Positions 9,214 to 19,317 of a stretch of 46,741 nucleotides of DNA are shown here, piece by piece. Both the position numbers and the translations under genes were made by a program. This DNA is from Alphaproteobacteria bacterium (GTDB lineage Bacteria; Pseudomonadota; Alphaproteobacteria; Rs-D84), in assembly GCA_050943575.1 (NCBI GenBank), contig JBMNPL010000004.1:1-46741 (forward strand), read 5' to 3'. The notes below the pieces were generated by a model, which was not told the origin of the DNA, did not search any database, and saw only the letters and a program-made list of their open reading frames with translations. The first letter of the stretch is position 1, and the number at the start of each line of letters is the position of its first letter.

Positions 9214-9624
9214 CTAATTTTTATTCTTAAAAAAATCTTCCAACATAAACCTTAATTTAGCTAATTCACATGAATAACTTGAATGCATAGCATTTAAAAA
9301 TATAGCCATTTGTTTTGCAATACTATTTTTTTGCGTTTCTGATAAAGATAAATATGTTTGTCTATCAAATTCTTTACCGGATATAATTTTTTCTTTAATT
9401 ATATGTTTATCATTTAATTTTTTAATCTCTATTAATTCTGGTAACAATACACCTGTATTGTTATTGTGTGATTTGATAAAGTCAATTATTTCATAACCAC
9501 GACTTTGTCTACGAATATAATCAGAGTTTTTTTCAGGATTATTTTGTTCTTTTATAACAATGCCAGGTTCTGTATCATCAATAAAAACAACTGAATGAGC
9601 ACCTTTATTCAAAAAAATACGCAT
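9214..9624 (-). pseudogene. Truncated aminoglycoside-phosphotransferase/kinase-like gene (N-lobe only)
   Basis: G.HS.VF, VIK, LPEL, I.G and IAKQMAIFLNAMH match the APH N-terminal half; the catalytic HxD and DFG-like motifs are absent. Confidence 0.55.
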
Positions 9625-9829
9625 ATAATTCCCTTTTTGGTAATTATATCATACAGGTATTAGAAGAGTAATATTTTATTTTGTTTAAATCCGAAACCCT
9701 ATTAATCTATACATTCCATCTCATCAATTTTTTATTTAATTTCAATTAACTTAGCTTACGAACCACGCATGCTGGACATAAACAAATTTTTATATTAATA
9801 TAAAAAAGATTTTTAAATAGGTAATATAA

Positions 9830-9929
9830 AAAATAATTTAGTAATTTAATACTTTTCTTTATACTTGAAGTTATAATTTTTTATAATCTTTAAACTTATA
9901 TCAAGGAGAATGTATATATGGAGATAAAA
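9830..9929 (+). repeat. Promoter/RBS cassette, copy 1
   Basis: Near-identical to 11352-11453; includes TATAAT boxes, AAGGAG and the first codons. Confidence 0.85.
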
Positions 9930-10433
9930 ATCAGAAATGCTGTTCCAGAAGATGCAACAGCGATCCAGCAAATTATTGCTATTGGCTACAAACGTTCTTT
10001 TGCTAAACTTCATACCAATGAATATTTGGAAAGCAAAATTCAGGAATATTTAAGTCCTGCCAAAATAGAAAAACTAGCGAATGTAATTCGTGATAAAAAC
10101 TCTATAAATATAGTTACTGAAAATGCTGATGGTAAAATTGTTGGGTTTGTTGGCGGTATAAGAGATAAAAATAATGATTGGCAATTAATAACATTATATG
10201 TAGATGAATCTGTTATTGGTGATATAAAATTTGCATTAAGTTTAGTTAAAGAGTTTTCACAACGTGTTAAAAATAATGGTGCAAATAAATTTACCACAGG
10301 AACATTAACTGGCAGTCGTGTTTACAAATTATATGAATTATTAGGTGGAAAAAAGATAAGAGAATTTATAAATAAAAAACGTGATTCTGTGTCAGAAACT
10401 GAATTTGAATTTAATGTGGATAAATTTATTTAA
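9918..10433 (+). CDS. GNAT-family N-acetyltransferase
   Basis: IRNA..ED...I, GKIVGF, LITLYV and LYE.LG motifs; AAGGAG RBS. Confidence 0.8.
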   Translation: MEIKIRNAVPEDATAIQQIIAIGYKRSFAKLHTNEYLESKIQEYLSPAKIEKLANVIRDKNSINIVTENADGKIVGFVGGIRDKNNDWQLITLYVDESVIGDIKFALSLVKEFSQRVKNNGANKFTTGTLTGSRVYKLYELLGGKKIREFINKKRDSVSETEFEFNVDKFI

Positions 10434-10541
10434 ACCAAATTCGCCAAGTATAATTTACAAAACTATTTCGGCAGGTATTTTCTATATATTAAATATGTTA
10501 TTTATCCGTGTATTAAAACTTTTTTTAATATTATGTAAAAA

Positions 10542-10952
10542 TTATTCCGTTAAAGTAATATTTGCTTTTTTTAACTCTTCTTTTCCTTTTTTATCATATT
10601 TATAGTAATATAATAATTCACGTTTATTAATATTATCAGCATCTATAGCGGCTTCTGGAACGCCCCATAAAATTGAAGTCGGCCAAAATAATAAATTTAA
10701 AACACCGTATAGTATATGAGATGAATCTGCCGCATTACCTGTCCCAAGATAAAAGTTTCCAAATCCTGGTAATAAATTTAATGTACCAGCAACAACCCCA
10801 GAAACCGGTTTTTCATAATTTCCGATAGGGTGATCAACAGTTACCCCTTGACTTTGTAATTCTCTCAATTGATTATTCTCTTGCCTTGTTAATGATGTAC
10901 AACCTGATGAAAATATGCCAAATAAAATGAAAACAAATATTATATTTTTCAA
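10542..10952 (-). CDS. Lipoprotein with TM2-like membrane hairpin
   Basis: Lipobox FSSG-C; LNLLPGFGNFYLG...NLLFWP.SILWG. Confidence 0.75.
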   Translation of the reverse strand: MKNIIFVFILFGIFSSGCTSLTRQENNQLRELQSQGVTVDHPIGNYEKPVSGVVAGTLNLLPGFGNFYLGTGNAADSSHILYGVLNLLFWPTSILWGVPEAAIDADNINKRELLYYYKYDKKGKEELKKANITLTE

Positions 10953-11124
10953 GTCTTACCCCTTTTGTTAAAATTTTAACATATTTTCATATCCATTTTA
11001 TATTATACGAGTATTTTATCATATTTATTATATTATCAAAATTATATAATTTGGCGATTGATTAAAGTTTTAATAAACGTTTATAATTGTTAAATGATAT
11101 AAAAAGGGTTAGGGTGTTTTTTAA

Positions 11125-11358
11125 ATGAGTAATATAAAAAACAATATTCAAATATGTGGTTATCATGGGTGTAATGTTATCCCAGATAATAATGGATGTG
11201 AATGCACAAAATGCAATCCTTGTACAAATAGCTGTAAATCATGTGATGAACCACAAAAACGTGCTGATGAACAATTATTATTGGGAATATATGATTTTGA
11301 AATTCTAAAATGTAAAGAATGCATGTTACGATTTTCAAATGCTTATAAATCAAAATAA
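11125..11358 (+). CDS. Cys-rich small protein (10 Cys in 77 aa), putative metal-binding
   Basis: CxC and CxxC clusters, no signal peptide. Confidence 0.6.
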   Translation: MSNIKNNIQICGYHGCNVIPDNNGCECTKCNPCTNSCKSCDEPQKRADEQLLLGIYDFEILKCKECMLRFSNAYKSK

Positions 11359-11453
11359 TTAGTAATCTAATACTTTCTTTATACTTGCAGTTATAATTTT
11401 TTTAATTATAATCTTTAAACTTAATATCAAGGAGAATATATATGAAAATAAAA
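11352..11453 (+). repeat. Promoter/RBS cassette, copy 2
   Basis: TTGCAG (11385), 16 bp, TATAAT (11407), AAGGAG; near-identical to 9830-9929. Confidence 0.85.
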
Positions 11454-12680
11454 CCGTTCAAAGGTGTACGCCCACCAAAAAATCTTGCAAAGGAAGTTGC
11501 CTCTCGTCCTTATGATGTTTTAAATTCAGTAGAAGCAAAAAAAGAAGCAGGGGAAAAATCATTATTACATATAATAAAGCCTGAAATTGATTTTGATCCT
11601 ATTATTGATGAACATTCTGCGGCCGCATACGACAAAGCAGTGGAAAATTTCAAATTATGGCAAGAACGTGGCTGGTTAGTCCAAGATCCACGTGAAATGT
11701 ATTACATATATGCTCAAACTATGGATGGACGAACTCAATATGGTTTAGTTGCTGCTGCAAGTGTTGAAGATTATATGACCGGTAAAATCAAAAAACATGA
11801 ATTAACCCGCAAGGATAAAGAAGAAGATCGTATGATTCATGTCCGTATTCAAGATGCTAATATAGAACCTGTATTTTTTGCTTATCCTGATGTAGCCGAA
11901 ATGAACGAAATTGTAAAAAACTTGATTGAATCTAAATCACCTGAATATGATTTTGTAGCCGAAGATGGATTTGGTCATCATTTTTGGGTTATCGAAGATG
12001 AAGCCGTAAACAAACGTATTACAGAAATATTTGCAGAAATTCCAGCTTTGTATGTTGCGGACGGACATCATCGCACTGCCGCTGCGGCACTAGTTGGCGA
12101 AGAAAAACGTAAAGCAAATCCAAACCATACGGGAAACGAAGAGTATAATTTTTTCTTGGCTGTTATATTTCCAGAAAGTCAATTAAAAATTATCGATTAT
12201 AATCGTGTAGTCAAAGATTTAAATGGTCTTACATCTGCCGAATTTATTGAAAAATTAAAAGAAAATTTTGATATAATCGAACATGGCACAGAAATTTATA
12301 AACCGAACGCATTGCATAATTTTGCAATGTATATTGATGGCAAATGGTATTCATTGACTGCGAAAGCCGGTACTTATGATGATAATGACCCAATTGGCGT
12401 GTTGGATGTAACTGTTTTATCTAATCTAGTGTTTGATAAAATATTGAATTTGGGTGATTTGCGTACCAGTAAACGCATTGATTTTGTTGGCGGAATTCGC
12501 GGATTAGAAGAATTAGCACGTCGTGTTGATTCAGGGGAAATGGCTGCGGCATTTGCGCTGTATCCAGTATCTATGAAGCAATTGATTGATATTGCTGACA
12601 CTGGTAATATTATGCCACCAAAAACAACTTGGTTTGAACCAAAATTGCGTAGTGGTTTAGTTATACATAAATTGTCATGA
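11442..12680 (+). CDS. DUF1015 family protein (ParB/Srx-like fold)
   Basis: PYDV, IKKHELTR, ADGHHR and MPPKTTWFEPKLRSGL motifs. Confidence 0.9.
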   Translation: MKIKPFKGVRPPKNLAKEVASRPYDVLNSVEAKKEAGEKSLLHIIKPEIDFDPIIDEHSAAAYDKAVENFKLWQERGWLVQDPREMYYIYAQTMDGRTQYGLVAAASVEDYMTGKIKKHELTRKDKEEDRMIHVRIQDANIEPVFFAYPDVAEMNEIVKNLIESKSPEYDFVAEDGFGHHFWVIEDEAVNKRITEIFAEIPALYVADGHHRTAAAALVGEEKRKANPNHTGNEEYNFFLAVIFPESQLKIIDYNRVVKDLNGLTSAEFIEKLKENFDIIEHGTEIYKPNALHNFAMYIDGKWYSLTAKAGTYDDNDPIGVLDVTVLSNLVFDKILNLGDLRTSKRIDFVGGIRGLEELARRVDSGEMAAAFALYPVSMKQLIDIADTGNIMPPKTTWFEPKLRSGLVIHKLS

Positions 12681-12710
12681 TTAAAAATTACTTTTTTTCC
12701 TAATTTTATC

Positions 12711-12739
12711 TTGACAATTAGTGAGTTTGCACTTATAGT
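12711..12739 (+). promoter_or_regulatory. sigma70 promoter of the str operon
   Basis: TTGACA, 17 bp, TATAGT. Confidence 0.85.
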
Positions 12740-12888
12740 ATATGCGCTTTCCGTGTAAACAAGGACAAGCAAAAAACACAAAAATCTGCAATTTTGACAG
12801 ATTTATAATCACGCAAAATTGCGTTGAAATAAGTCTGGAAGGCAGATTTTATATGCAAAAATTGTTGAAAAAACAAAGAGATTGATTG

Positions 12889-13263
12889 ATGCCAACAATA
12901 AACCAATTGATTCGGAAACCTCGTGCGAAAGTTGCGAATCGTTCTAAATCACCAGCTATGAAAGGGTGCCCACAAAAACGTGGCGTTTGCACTCGTGTTT
13001 ATACTACTACCCCTAAAAAACCTAACTCGGCTCAACGTAAAGTTGCCCGTGTAAAGTTATCTAATGGACACGAAGTGACTGCTTATATCCCAGGTGAAGG
13101 TCATAATTTACAAGAACACTCTGTTGTAATGATTCGTGGTGGTCGTGTAAGAGACTTACCAGGTGTTAAATATCATATTGTGCGCGGTGTTTTAGATACA
13201 CAGGGTGTTAATGCAAGAAAACAAAGTCGTTCTTTGTATGGGGCAAAAACAAAAAAGGCTTAA
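12889..13263 (+). CDS. rpsL: 30S ribosomal protein S12
   Basis: [23 protein letters not shown]. Confidence 0.99.
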   Translation: MPTINQLIRKPRAKVANRSKSPAMKGCPQKRGVCTRVYTTTPKKPNSAQRKVARVKLSNGHEVTAYIPGEGHNLQEHSVVMIRGGRVRDLPGVKYHIVRGVLDTQGVNARKQSRSLYGAKTKKA

Positions 13264-13326
13264 TTTAAAACGTACAGCATTGCTGTGCGAGTAATCCGCC
13301 AAGGGTGAAGAAATAAGGAAAAACAA

Positions 13327-13800
13327 ATGTCAAGACGTAATAGAGCAACCAAACGTGAAATTTTACCTGATTCCAAATATAATAATTTGGTAGTTGCCAA
13401 GGCTATTAATACAGTTATGTGGGATGGTAAAAAAGAAGTTGCTGAAAATATCGTTTATAGTGCATTAGAAAAATTAAAGAAAGTTGCTAAAGATCAAAAT
13501 GAATTAGCAGCTTTTTTAGAAGTTGTTGATGTATTAAAACCTGTAGTAGAAGTTAGAAGTCGTCGTGTTGGTGGCGCAACTTATCAGGTTCCAGTTGAAG
13601 TTCGTAAAGAACGTCAACAAACATTGGCTTTGCGCTGGTTAGTTGAGTATTCGCGCAAACGCAGTGAACGTTCTATGGAAGATCGTTTATTTGCGGAAAT
13701 GCGCGATGCTTTAAACGGGCAGGGTGCAGCACTAAAGAAAAAGGTAGACACTCATAAAATGGCAGAAGCCAACAAAGCTTTTGCTCATTTCAGATGGTAA
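13327..13800 (+). CDS. rpsG: 30S ribosomal protein S7
   Basis: SRRVGGATYQVP, MAEANKAFAHFRW. Confidence 0.99.
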   Translation: MSRRNRATKREILPDSKYNNLVVAKAINTVMWDGKKEVAENIVYSALEKLKKVAKDQNELAAFLEVVDVLKPVVEVRSRRVGGATYQVPVEVRKERQQTLALRWLVEYSRKRSERSMEDRLFAEMRDALNGQGAALKKKVDTHKMAEANKAFAHFRW

Positions 13801-13820
13801 AAAAACAAGGATAAAAAATT

Positions 13821-15902
13821 ATGGCAGAAGGAAAAACCGCACCTTTACATATGTATCGCAATATTGGCATTATGGCTCATATTGATGCTGGTAAAACCAC
13901 AGTATCCGAGCGTATTCTTTTTTATACTGGTAAATCTTATAAACTTGGGGAAGTTCACGAAGGTGCTGCCACTATGGATTGGATGGCTCAGGAACAAGAA
14001 CGCGGAATTACAATTACATCTGCTGCCACAACTTGTTTTTGGCGTGATCATCGTATTAATTTGATTGATACCCCAGGGCACGTTGATTTTACAATGGAAG
14101 TAGAACGTTCTTTGCGTGTTCTAGACGGAGCGGTTGCGGTATTTGAATCTGTTTCTGGTGTTCAGCCACAAACTGAAACTGTATGGCGTCAAGCTGACAG
14201 ATATAGTGTTCCACGTATTTGCTTTATTAATAAAATGGATCGTGTTGGTGCAAATTTCTTTCGTTGTGTAGATATGATTCGTGAAAGATTGGGTGCAAAT
14301 CCATTAGTTATTAATTTTCCAATCGGGAGCGAAGCAGATTTTATAGGTGTCGTAGATGTTGTTGAAATGAGGGGAATTACTTGGGCAGATGAAATGGGAA
14401 GTAATCCTATTGTTGGTGAAATTCCAGAAGATTTACGTGCAAAAGCTGAAGAATTACATGAAAAATTAATTGAAGAAGTTGTAACACTTGATGAAAGTGT
14501 TATGGAAGCGTATATGGAAGGTACCAAGCCAGATGTTGCGACAATAAAAAAGTTATTACGCAAAGGGACAATTGATCAGGCTTTTAATCCAATTTTGTGT
14601 GGAAGTGCATTTAAAAACAAAGGTGTTCAACCATTATTGGATGCGATTATAGATTATTTACCATCTCCATTGGATGTTCCTGCTATTAAGGGGACAAAAA
14701 TGGATGGTGAAACTGCGGACGAACGTCATCCCAGCAATGATGAACCATTTAGTGCAATTGCGTTTAAAGTTGCGAATGATCCATTTGTTGGTAATTTAAT
14801 GTTTATACGTATTTATTCTGGTAAATTATCTTCTGGTTCTTATATTTATAATTCAACACGTGATAAACGCGAACGTGTTGGTCGTATGTTATTGATGCAT
14901 GCAAATAGTCGTGAAGAAATTAAAGAAGCCGCAACTGGTGATATTGTAACATTAGTTGGTATGAAAGAAACCATAACAGGTGATACTTTATGTGAAGAAT
15001 CTAAACCAATTTTATTAGAATCAATTCATGTTCCAGAACCGGTTATCAGTGTTGCTGTTGAACCCAAGACCAAGGTTGATATTGAAAAAATGTCTTTGGG
15101 ATTACAAGCTTTGGCAAAAGAAGATCCTTCTTTCCGTGTATCTGTTGATCAAGAATCTGGTCAAACTATTTTGGCTGGTGTTGGTGAATTACACTTGGAA
15201 ATTTTAGTTGATAGATTATTGCGTGAATTTAAAGTAGATGTTAATGTTGGCGAACCACGAATTGCTTATCGTGAAACATTCTGTCGTCCGGTTGTTGAAG
15301 AATATACACATAAAAAACAATCTGGTGGTTCTGGACAATATGCTCAGGTTAAAATAGAATTTGCACCGCTTGAAGCAGGCAAGGGCTACGAGTTTGAAAA
15401 TAAAATCGTTGGTGGTGCTATTCCAAAAGAATATATTCCAGGGGTTGAAAAAGGATTAAAGATAGCGCAACAAACAGGTGTTTTGATTGGCTATCCAACT
15501 GTAGATTTCAAAGCAACATTAGTTGACGGAAAATATCATGAAGTTGACTCAAATGTTTTATGTTTTGAAATAGCTGCGCGAGCTTGTTTTCGCGAAGCGA
15601 TGAAAAAGGCATCACCAAAGTTATTGGAACCCATTATGAAACTTTCAATAACTACCCCCGAAGAATATGTTGGTGATATTATTGGTGATTTAAACAGCCG
15701 TCGTGGTCAAATAAACGGTATTGATACTCAATTTGGTAATCAGCTGATATCTGCATATGTACCGTTAGCAAACTTGTTTGGATATGTTAAAACTCTGCGT
15801 TCTTTATCTCAGGGTCGTGCAAATCCTTACATGGAGTTATCTCATTATGACGACGTCCCACAAAATGTTGCGGATGAAGTTATAAAGAAAATGACAAAAT
15901 AA
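13821..15902 (+). CDS. fusA: Elongation factor G
   Basis: [37 protein letters not shown]. Confidence 0.99.
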   Translation: MAEGKTAPLHMYRNIGIMAHIDAGKTTVSERILFYTGKSYKLGEVHEGAATMDWMAQEQERGITITSAATTCFWRDHRINLIDTPGHVDFTMEVERSLRVLDGAVAVFESVSGVQPQTETVWRQADRYSVPRICFINKMDRVGANFFRCVDMIRERLGANPLVINFPIGSEADFIGVVDVVEMRGITWADEMGSNPIVGEIPEDLRAKAEELHEKLIEEVVTLDESVMEAYMEGTKPDVATIKKLLRKGTIDQAFNPILCGSAFKNKGVQPLLDAIIDYLPSPLDVPAIKGTKMDGETADERHPSNDEPFSAIAFKVANDPFVGNLMFIRIYSGKLSSGSYIYNSTRDKRERVGRMLLMHANSREEIKEAATGDIVTLVGMKETITGDTLCEESKPILLESIHVPEPVISVAVEPKTKVDIEKMSLGLQALAKEDPSFRVSVDQESGQTILAGVGELHLEILVDRLLREFKVDVNVGEPRIAYRETFCRPVVEEYTHKKQSGGSGQYAQVKIEFAPLEAGKGYEFENKIVGGAIPKEYIPGVEKGLKIAQQTGVLIGYPTVDFKATLVDGKYHEVDSNVLCFEIAARACFREAMKKASPKLLEPIMKLSITTPEEYVGDIIGDLNSRRGQINGIDTQFGNQLISAYVPLANLFGYVKTLRSLSQGRANPYMELSHYDDVPQNVADEVIKKMTK

Positions 15903-15933
15903 AATTAACAACTAACCGCCAAAGGAGAAAATA

Positions 15934-17121
15934 ATGGCAAAAGAAAAGTTCGTAAGAAGTAAGCCGCATGTCAATATTGGTACTATTGGTCACGTTGACC
16001 ATGGTAAAACTACATTGACCGCAGCTATCGTACACTACTATGGAGTAGGTGAAGATAAAGGTAAAGACGTAAGTAAAATTGATAATGCTCCAGAAGAAAG
16101 AGCACGTGGAATAACAATTAGCACAACACACGTGGAGTATGAAACAGATTCACGTCACTATGCACACGTTGATTGTCCAGGACACGCGGACTATGTTAAA
16201 AATATGATTACTGGTGCCGCTCAAATGGACGGTGCAATTTTGGTTTGTGCAGCAACTGATGGTCCGATGCCTCAAACACGTGAACACATCTTGTTGGCTC
16301 GCCAAGTTGGTATTCCAAAGATTGTTGTTTACTTAAACAAATGTGATTTAGCAAAAGATCAAGAATTGTTGGAATTAGTTGAAATGGAATTGCGTGAATT
16401 ATTGTCAGCAAATAATTTTGATGGCGAAAATACACCAATTATTCGTGGTTCTGCTATTTCTGCACTTGAAGGTAAAAGTGATGGTTTGGGCAAAGAATCC
16501 ATTGATGCTTTGTTAAACGCATGTGATACATATATTCCAATGCCAGAACGTCCGGTTGATAAACCATTTTTGATGCCGATTGAAGACGTATTTTCAATTA
16601 CAGGTCGTGGAACAGTTGCTACTGGCCGTATTGAATCTGGTATTGTTAAAGTTGGTGACGAAGTTGAAATTGTTGGTTTACGTCCAACAACAAAAACAAC
16701 AGTTACTGGTGTTGAAATGTTCCGCAAATTGTTGGATCAAGGTGAAGCCGGTGATAATGTTGGTTTGTTATTACGTGGAACCAAAAAGGAAGAAATTGAA
16801 CGTGGTCAAATTATCTGTAAACCAGGGTCAATTACCCCTCATACAGACTTTGAAGCCGAAGTTTATATTTTGACGAAAGACGAAGGTGGCCGTCATACAG
16901 CTTTCTTCTCTAATTATCGTCCACAATTCTACTTCAATACAACTGATGTTACTGGGACTATAACTTTGCCAAAAGACAAAGAAATGGTATTACCAGGGGA
17001 CAACGTTCGTATAACAGTATCTTTGATTGCACCAATTGCTATGGGTGAAGGTCGTCGTTTTGCTATTCGCGAAGGCGGTCGCACAGTTGGCGCGGGTGTT
17101 ATATCAAAGATTATTAAATAA
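15934..17121 (+). CDS. tuf: Elongation factor Tu
   Basis: [34 protein letters not shown]. Confidence 0.99.
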   Translation: MAKEKFVRSKPHVNIGTIGHVDHGKTTLTAAIVHYYGVGEDKGKDVSKIDNAPEERARGITISTTHVEYETDSRHYAHVDCPGHADYVKNMITGAAQMDGAILVCAATDGPMPQTREHILLARQVGIPKIVVYLNKCDLAKDQELLELVEMELRELLSANNFDGENTPIIRGSAISALEGKSDGLGKESIDALLNACDTYIPMPERPVDKPFLMPIEDVFSITGRGTVATGRIESGIVKVGDEVEIVGLRPTTKTTVTGVEMFRKLLDQGEAGDNVGLLLRGTKKEEIERGQIICKPGSITPHTDFEAEVYILTKDEGGRHTAFFSNYRPQFYFNTTDVTGTITLPKDKEMVLPGDNVRITVSLIAPIAMGEGRRFAIREGGRTVGAGVISKIIK

Positions 17122-17128
17122 GTCTGAT

Positions 17129-17169
17129 AAAAATCGAAGTTTGATTTATTTTTCAAACTTCGATTTTTT
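17129..17169 (+). terminator. 16-bp perfect hairpin between tuf and rpsJ (terminator/attenuator-like)
   Basis: AAAAATCGAAGTTTGA / TCAAACTTCGATTTTT with an 8-nt loop and U tail. Confidence 0.7.
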
Positions 17170-17208
17170 AGGCTTGGGAAAGAAACTAAATAAAACAGGA
17201 AAAAGCAG

Positions 17209-17520
17209 ATGGTACCAGCATCCAAAATTCGTATTAAATTAACAGCGTTTGACCACCGTGTTTTGGTGGAGTCTGTTGATGAAATCGTAAAAACAGCAAA
17301 GCGCACAGGTGCGTCTGTTGTCGGACCGGTTCGTTTGCCGACACTGATAAAGAAATTTACAGTCAATCGTTCGCCTCACGTTGATAAAAAATCACGCGAA
17401 CAATTTGAAATCCGCAATCATAAAGCGGTTGTTGATATTGTTGATCCAACCCCTCAGACAGTTGATGCCCTGATGAAGTTGGATTTGGCGTCTGGTGTTG
17501 ATGTGAAAATTAAATTGTAA
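17209..17520 (+). CDS. rpsJ: 30S ribosomal protein S10
   Basis: [14 protein letters not shown]. Confidence 0.99.
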   Translation: MVPASKIRIKLTAFDHRVLVESVDEIVKTAKRTGASVVGPVRLPTLIKKFTVNRSPHVDKKSREQFEIRNHKAVVDIVDPTPQTVDALMKLDLASGVDVKIKL

Positions 17521-17531
17521 AAGGCATAAAA

Positions 17532-18299
17532 ATGAAACGTTCGGGACTTATTACAACTAAAATAGGAATGACTCGTTTATATGATGACGCGGGTGTTTCT
17601 CATGCGGTAACGGTTTTATCTGTTGGTGATTGTAGTGTTATTGGTAATCGCACTATGGATAAAAATGGTTATGTTGCTAATGTTTTAGGAATGCGTGAAG
17701 CCAAGGCAAAACATGTTGCAAAACCTCAATTAATTGCGGCACAAAAATCAGGTGTAAAACCATTTCGCAAGATAGCTGAGTTTCGTGTTTCTGATGATTG
17801 TCTTATCCCTGTTGGCACCAAATTATCTGCGGGACATTTTGTTGTTGGTCAATTTGTTGATGTTCAAGGTACCAGCAAAGGAAAAGGTTTTCAGGGTGGA
17901 ATAAAACGTCATAATTTTGCTGGTAAAGAAGCATCTCATGGTGTATTAAAAGCGCATCGTTCAATAGGATCAGTCGGAAGTCGTGAAAGTCCAGGGCGTG
18001 TATTTAAGGGCAAAAAAATGCCGGGGCAAATGGGTAATGAGGTTGTATCAGTCCAGAATTTAAAAGTATTTGATATTGATTTGGAAGAAAACTTGATTTT
18101 TGTTGCTGGTGCGGTACCGGGTGCGAACGGGACATTTGTTTTAATTACAGATGCGATTAAGAAAGAGCATAAAGATTTGCCAATCCCAACAATGCAAGCA
18201 AAAACTGAACAAGTAAAAACTGATGATCAACAACAGCCAGTTCAAGAATTGGCAGAGCCTGTTGCAGAAGAAACTCCAGAAGAAGCACAGGGAGAATAA
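17532..18299 (+). CDS. rplC: 50S ribosomal protein L3
   Basis: KIGMT, SKGKGFQG, PGRVFKGKKMPG; acidic C-terminal tail. Confidence 0.99.
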   Translation: MKRSGLITTKIGMTRLYDDAGVSHAVTVLSVGDCSVIGNRTMDKNGYVANVLGMREAKAKHVAKPQLIAAQKSGVKPFRKIAEFRVSDDCLIPVGTKLSAGHFVVGQFVDVQGTSKGKGFQGGIKRHNFAGKEASHGVLKAHRSIGSVGSRESPGRVFKGKKMPGQMGNEVVSVQNLKVFDIDLEENLIFVAGAVPGANGTFVLITDAIKKEHKDLPIPTMQAKTEQVKTDDQQQPVQELAEPVAEETPEEAQGE

Positions 18300-18302
18300 A
18301 AA

Positions 18303-18923
18303 ATGCGAATAGATATTATAAATTTTGAAGGTAAAAAAACAGGCACCATTGATTTAAATCCTGCGATTTTTGGTCTAGAACCTCGTGCAGATATTTTACA
18401 TCGAATAGTTGTATGGCAACGTGCAAATGCGCGTGCTGGCACACATTTGGTGAAAACAGTTTCCGAAGTTGCCGGTAGTGGTAAAAAAGCATTCAAACAA
18501 AAGAAAACAGGCAGGGCACGTCAAGGTGAGAAAACTAATGTTCATATGCGTGGCGGTGGTGTTGTTCATGGACCAGTTTTACGTGATCATAAAATTGATT
18601 TACCAAAAAAGATTCGCAGTTTGGGCTTAAAAATGGCTATTTCAAGCAAGGTTAAAGAGGGTAATTTAATAATTATTGATAGCGAAAAAATGTCTACTAT
18701 TAAAACTGCAAATGTTGTTAAGGTGTTAAAAAACATGAAACTGGATTCAGCTTTATTTGTTGGCGGTGATTCTTTGGATACTAACTTTAAAAAATCTATA
18801 GCGAACATTGCTAATATTAACGCATTACCGACTATTGGTTTGAATGTTTTAGATATTTTAAAGCATAAAAATTTAGTTTTGACAGCGGATGCTGTTAAAG
18901 CGATGGAAAAAAGGTTGGCGTGA
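18303..18923 (+). CDS. rplD: 50S ribosomal protein L4
   Basis: QKKTGRARQG, RGGGVVHGP. Confidence 0.98.
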   Translation: MRIDIINFEGKKTGTIDLNPAIFGLEPRADILHRIVVWQRANARAGTHLVKTVSEVAGSGKKAFKQKKTGRARQGEKTNVHMRGGGVVHGPVLRDHKIDLPKKIRSLGLKMAISSKVKEGNLIIIDSEKMSTIKTANVVKVLKNMKLDSALFVGGDSLDTNFKKSIANIANINALPTIGLNVLDILKHKNLVLTADAVKAMEKRLA

Positions 18924-18924
18924 G

Positions 18925-19251
18925 ATGGTAAAAAAGAAAACTATTGAAAAGAAAACAATTGCGACACCGGGGATGTATGATATTCTTCGTCGTCCAATTA
19001 TTTCAGAAAAATCTGCAAAACTGGCAGAAACTAACGCGATAGCGTTTGAAATTGATCCACGTTTTGGCAAGAAAGATGTTGCAAACGCGATTAAAGCGAT
19101 TTATAATATCACGCCTGAAAAAATTAATATTATTAATCAAAAAGGGAAAGTAAAAACTTTTCGTGGAAGAGTAAAAGGGACGCAAAAAACAATTAAAAAA
19201 GCGTACATTACTTTAAAGCAGGGCGACAAAATAGAAATCGCCAATGTATAA
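18925..19251 (+). CDS. rplW: 50S ribosomal protein L23
   Basis: RPIISEKS, KKAYITL; ATG just after the rplD stop. Confidence 0.97.
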   Translation: MVKKKTIEKKTIATPGMYDILRRPIISEKSAKLAETNAIAFEIDPRFGKKDVANAIKAIYNITPEKINIINQKGKVKTFRGRVKGTQKTIKKAYITLKQGDKIEIANV

Positions 19252-19317
19252 CTTGGCTTTGACAGATAATCCAAACAGAGATGCTATTGTCAAAGTTTAA
19301 TATTAAGGTAAGAAGAT

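Larger units (their letters stand above)
119..9260. mobile_element. Genomic island at tRNA-Gln; distal boundary approximate
   Basis: Integrase abutting the tRNA 3' end, co-oriented accessory cargo, truncated gene at the far side. No distal att repeat found. Confidence 0.65.

Noticed and set aside
9750-9780. CGAACCA...GCTGGAC as a possible distal att copy of tRNA-Gln
   Set aside because: Only two 7-mers, inverted and in the wrong order relative to the tRNA; compatible with chance.
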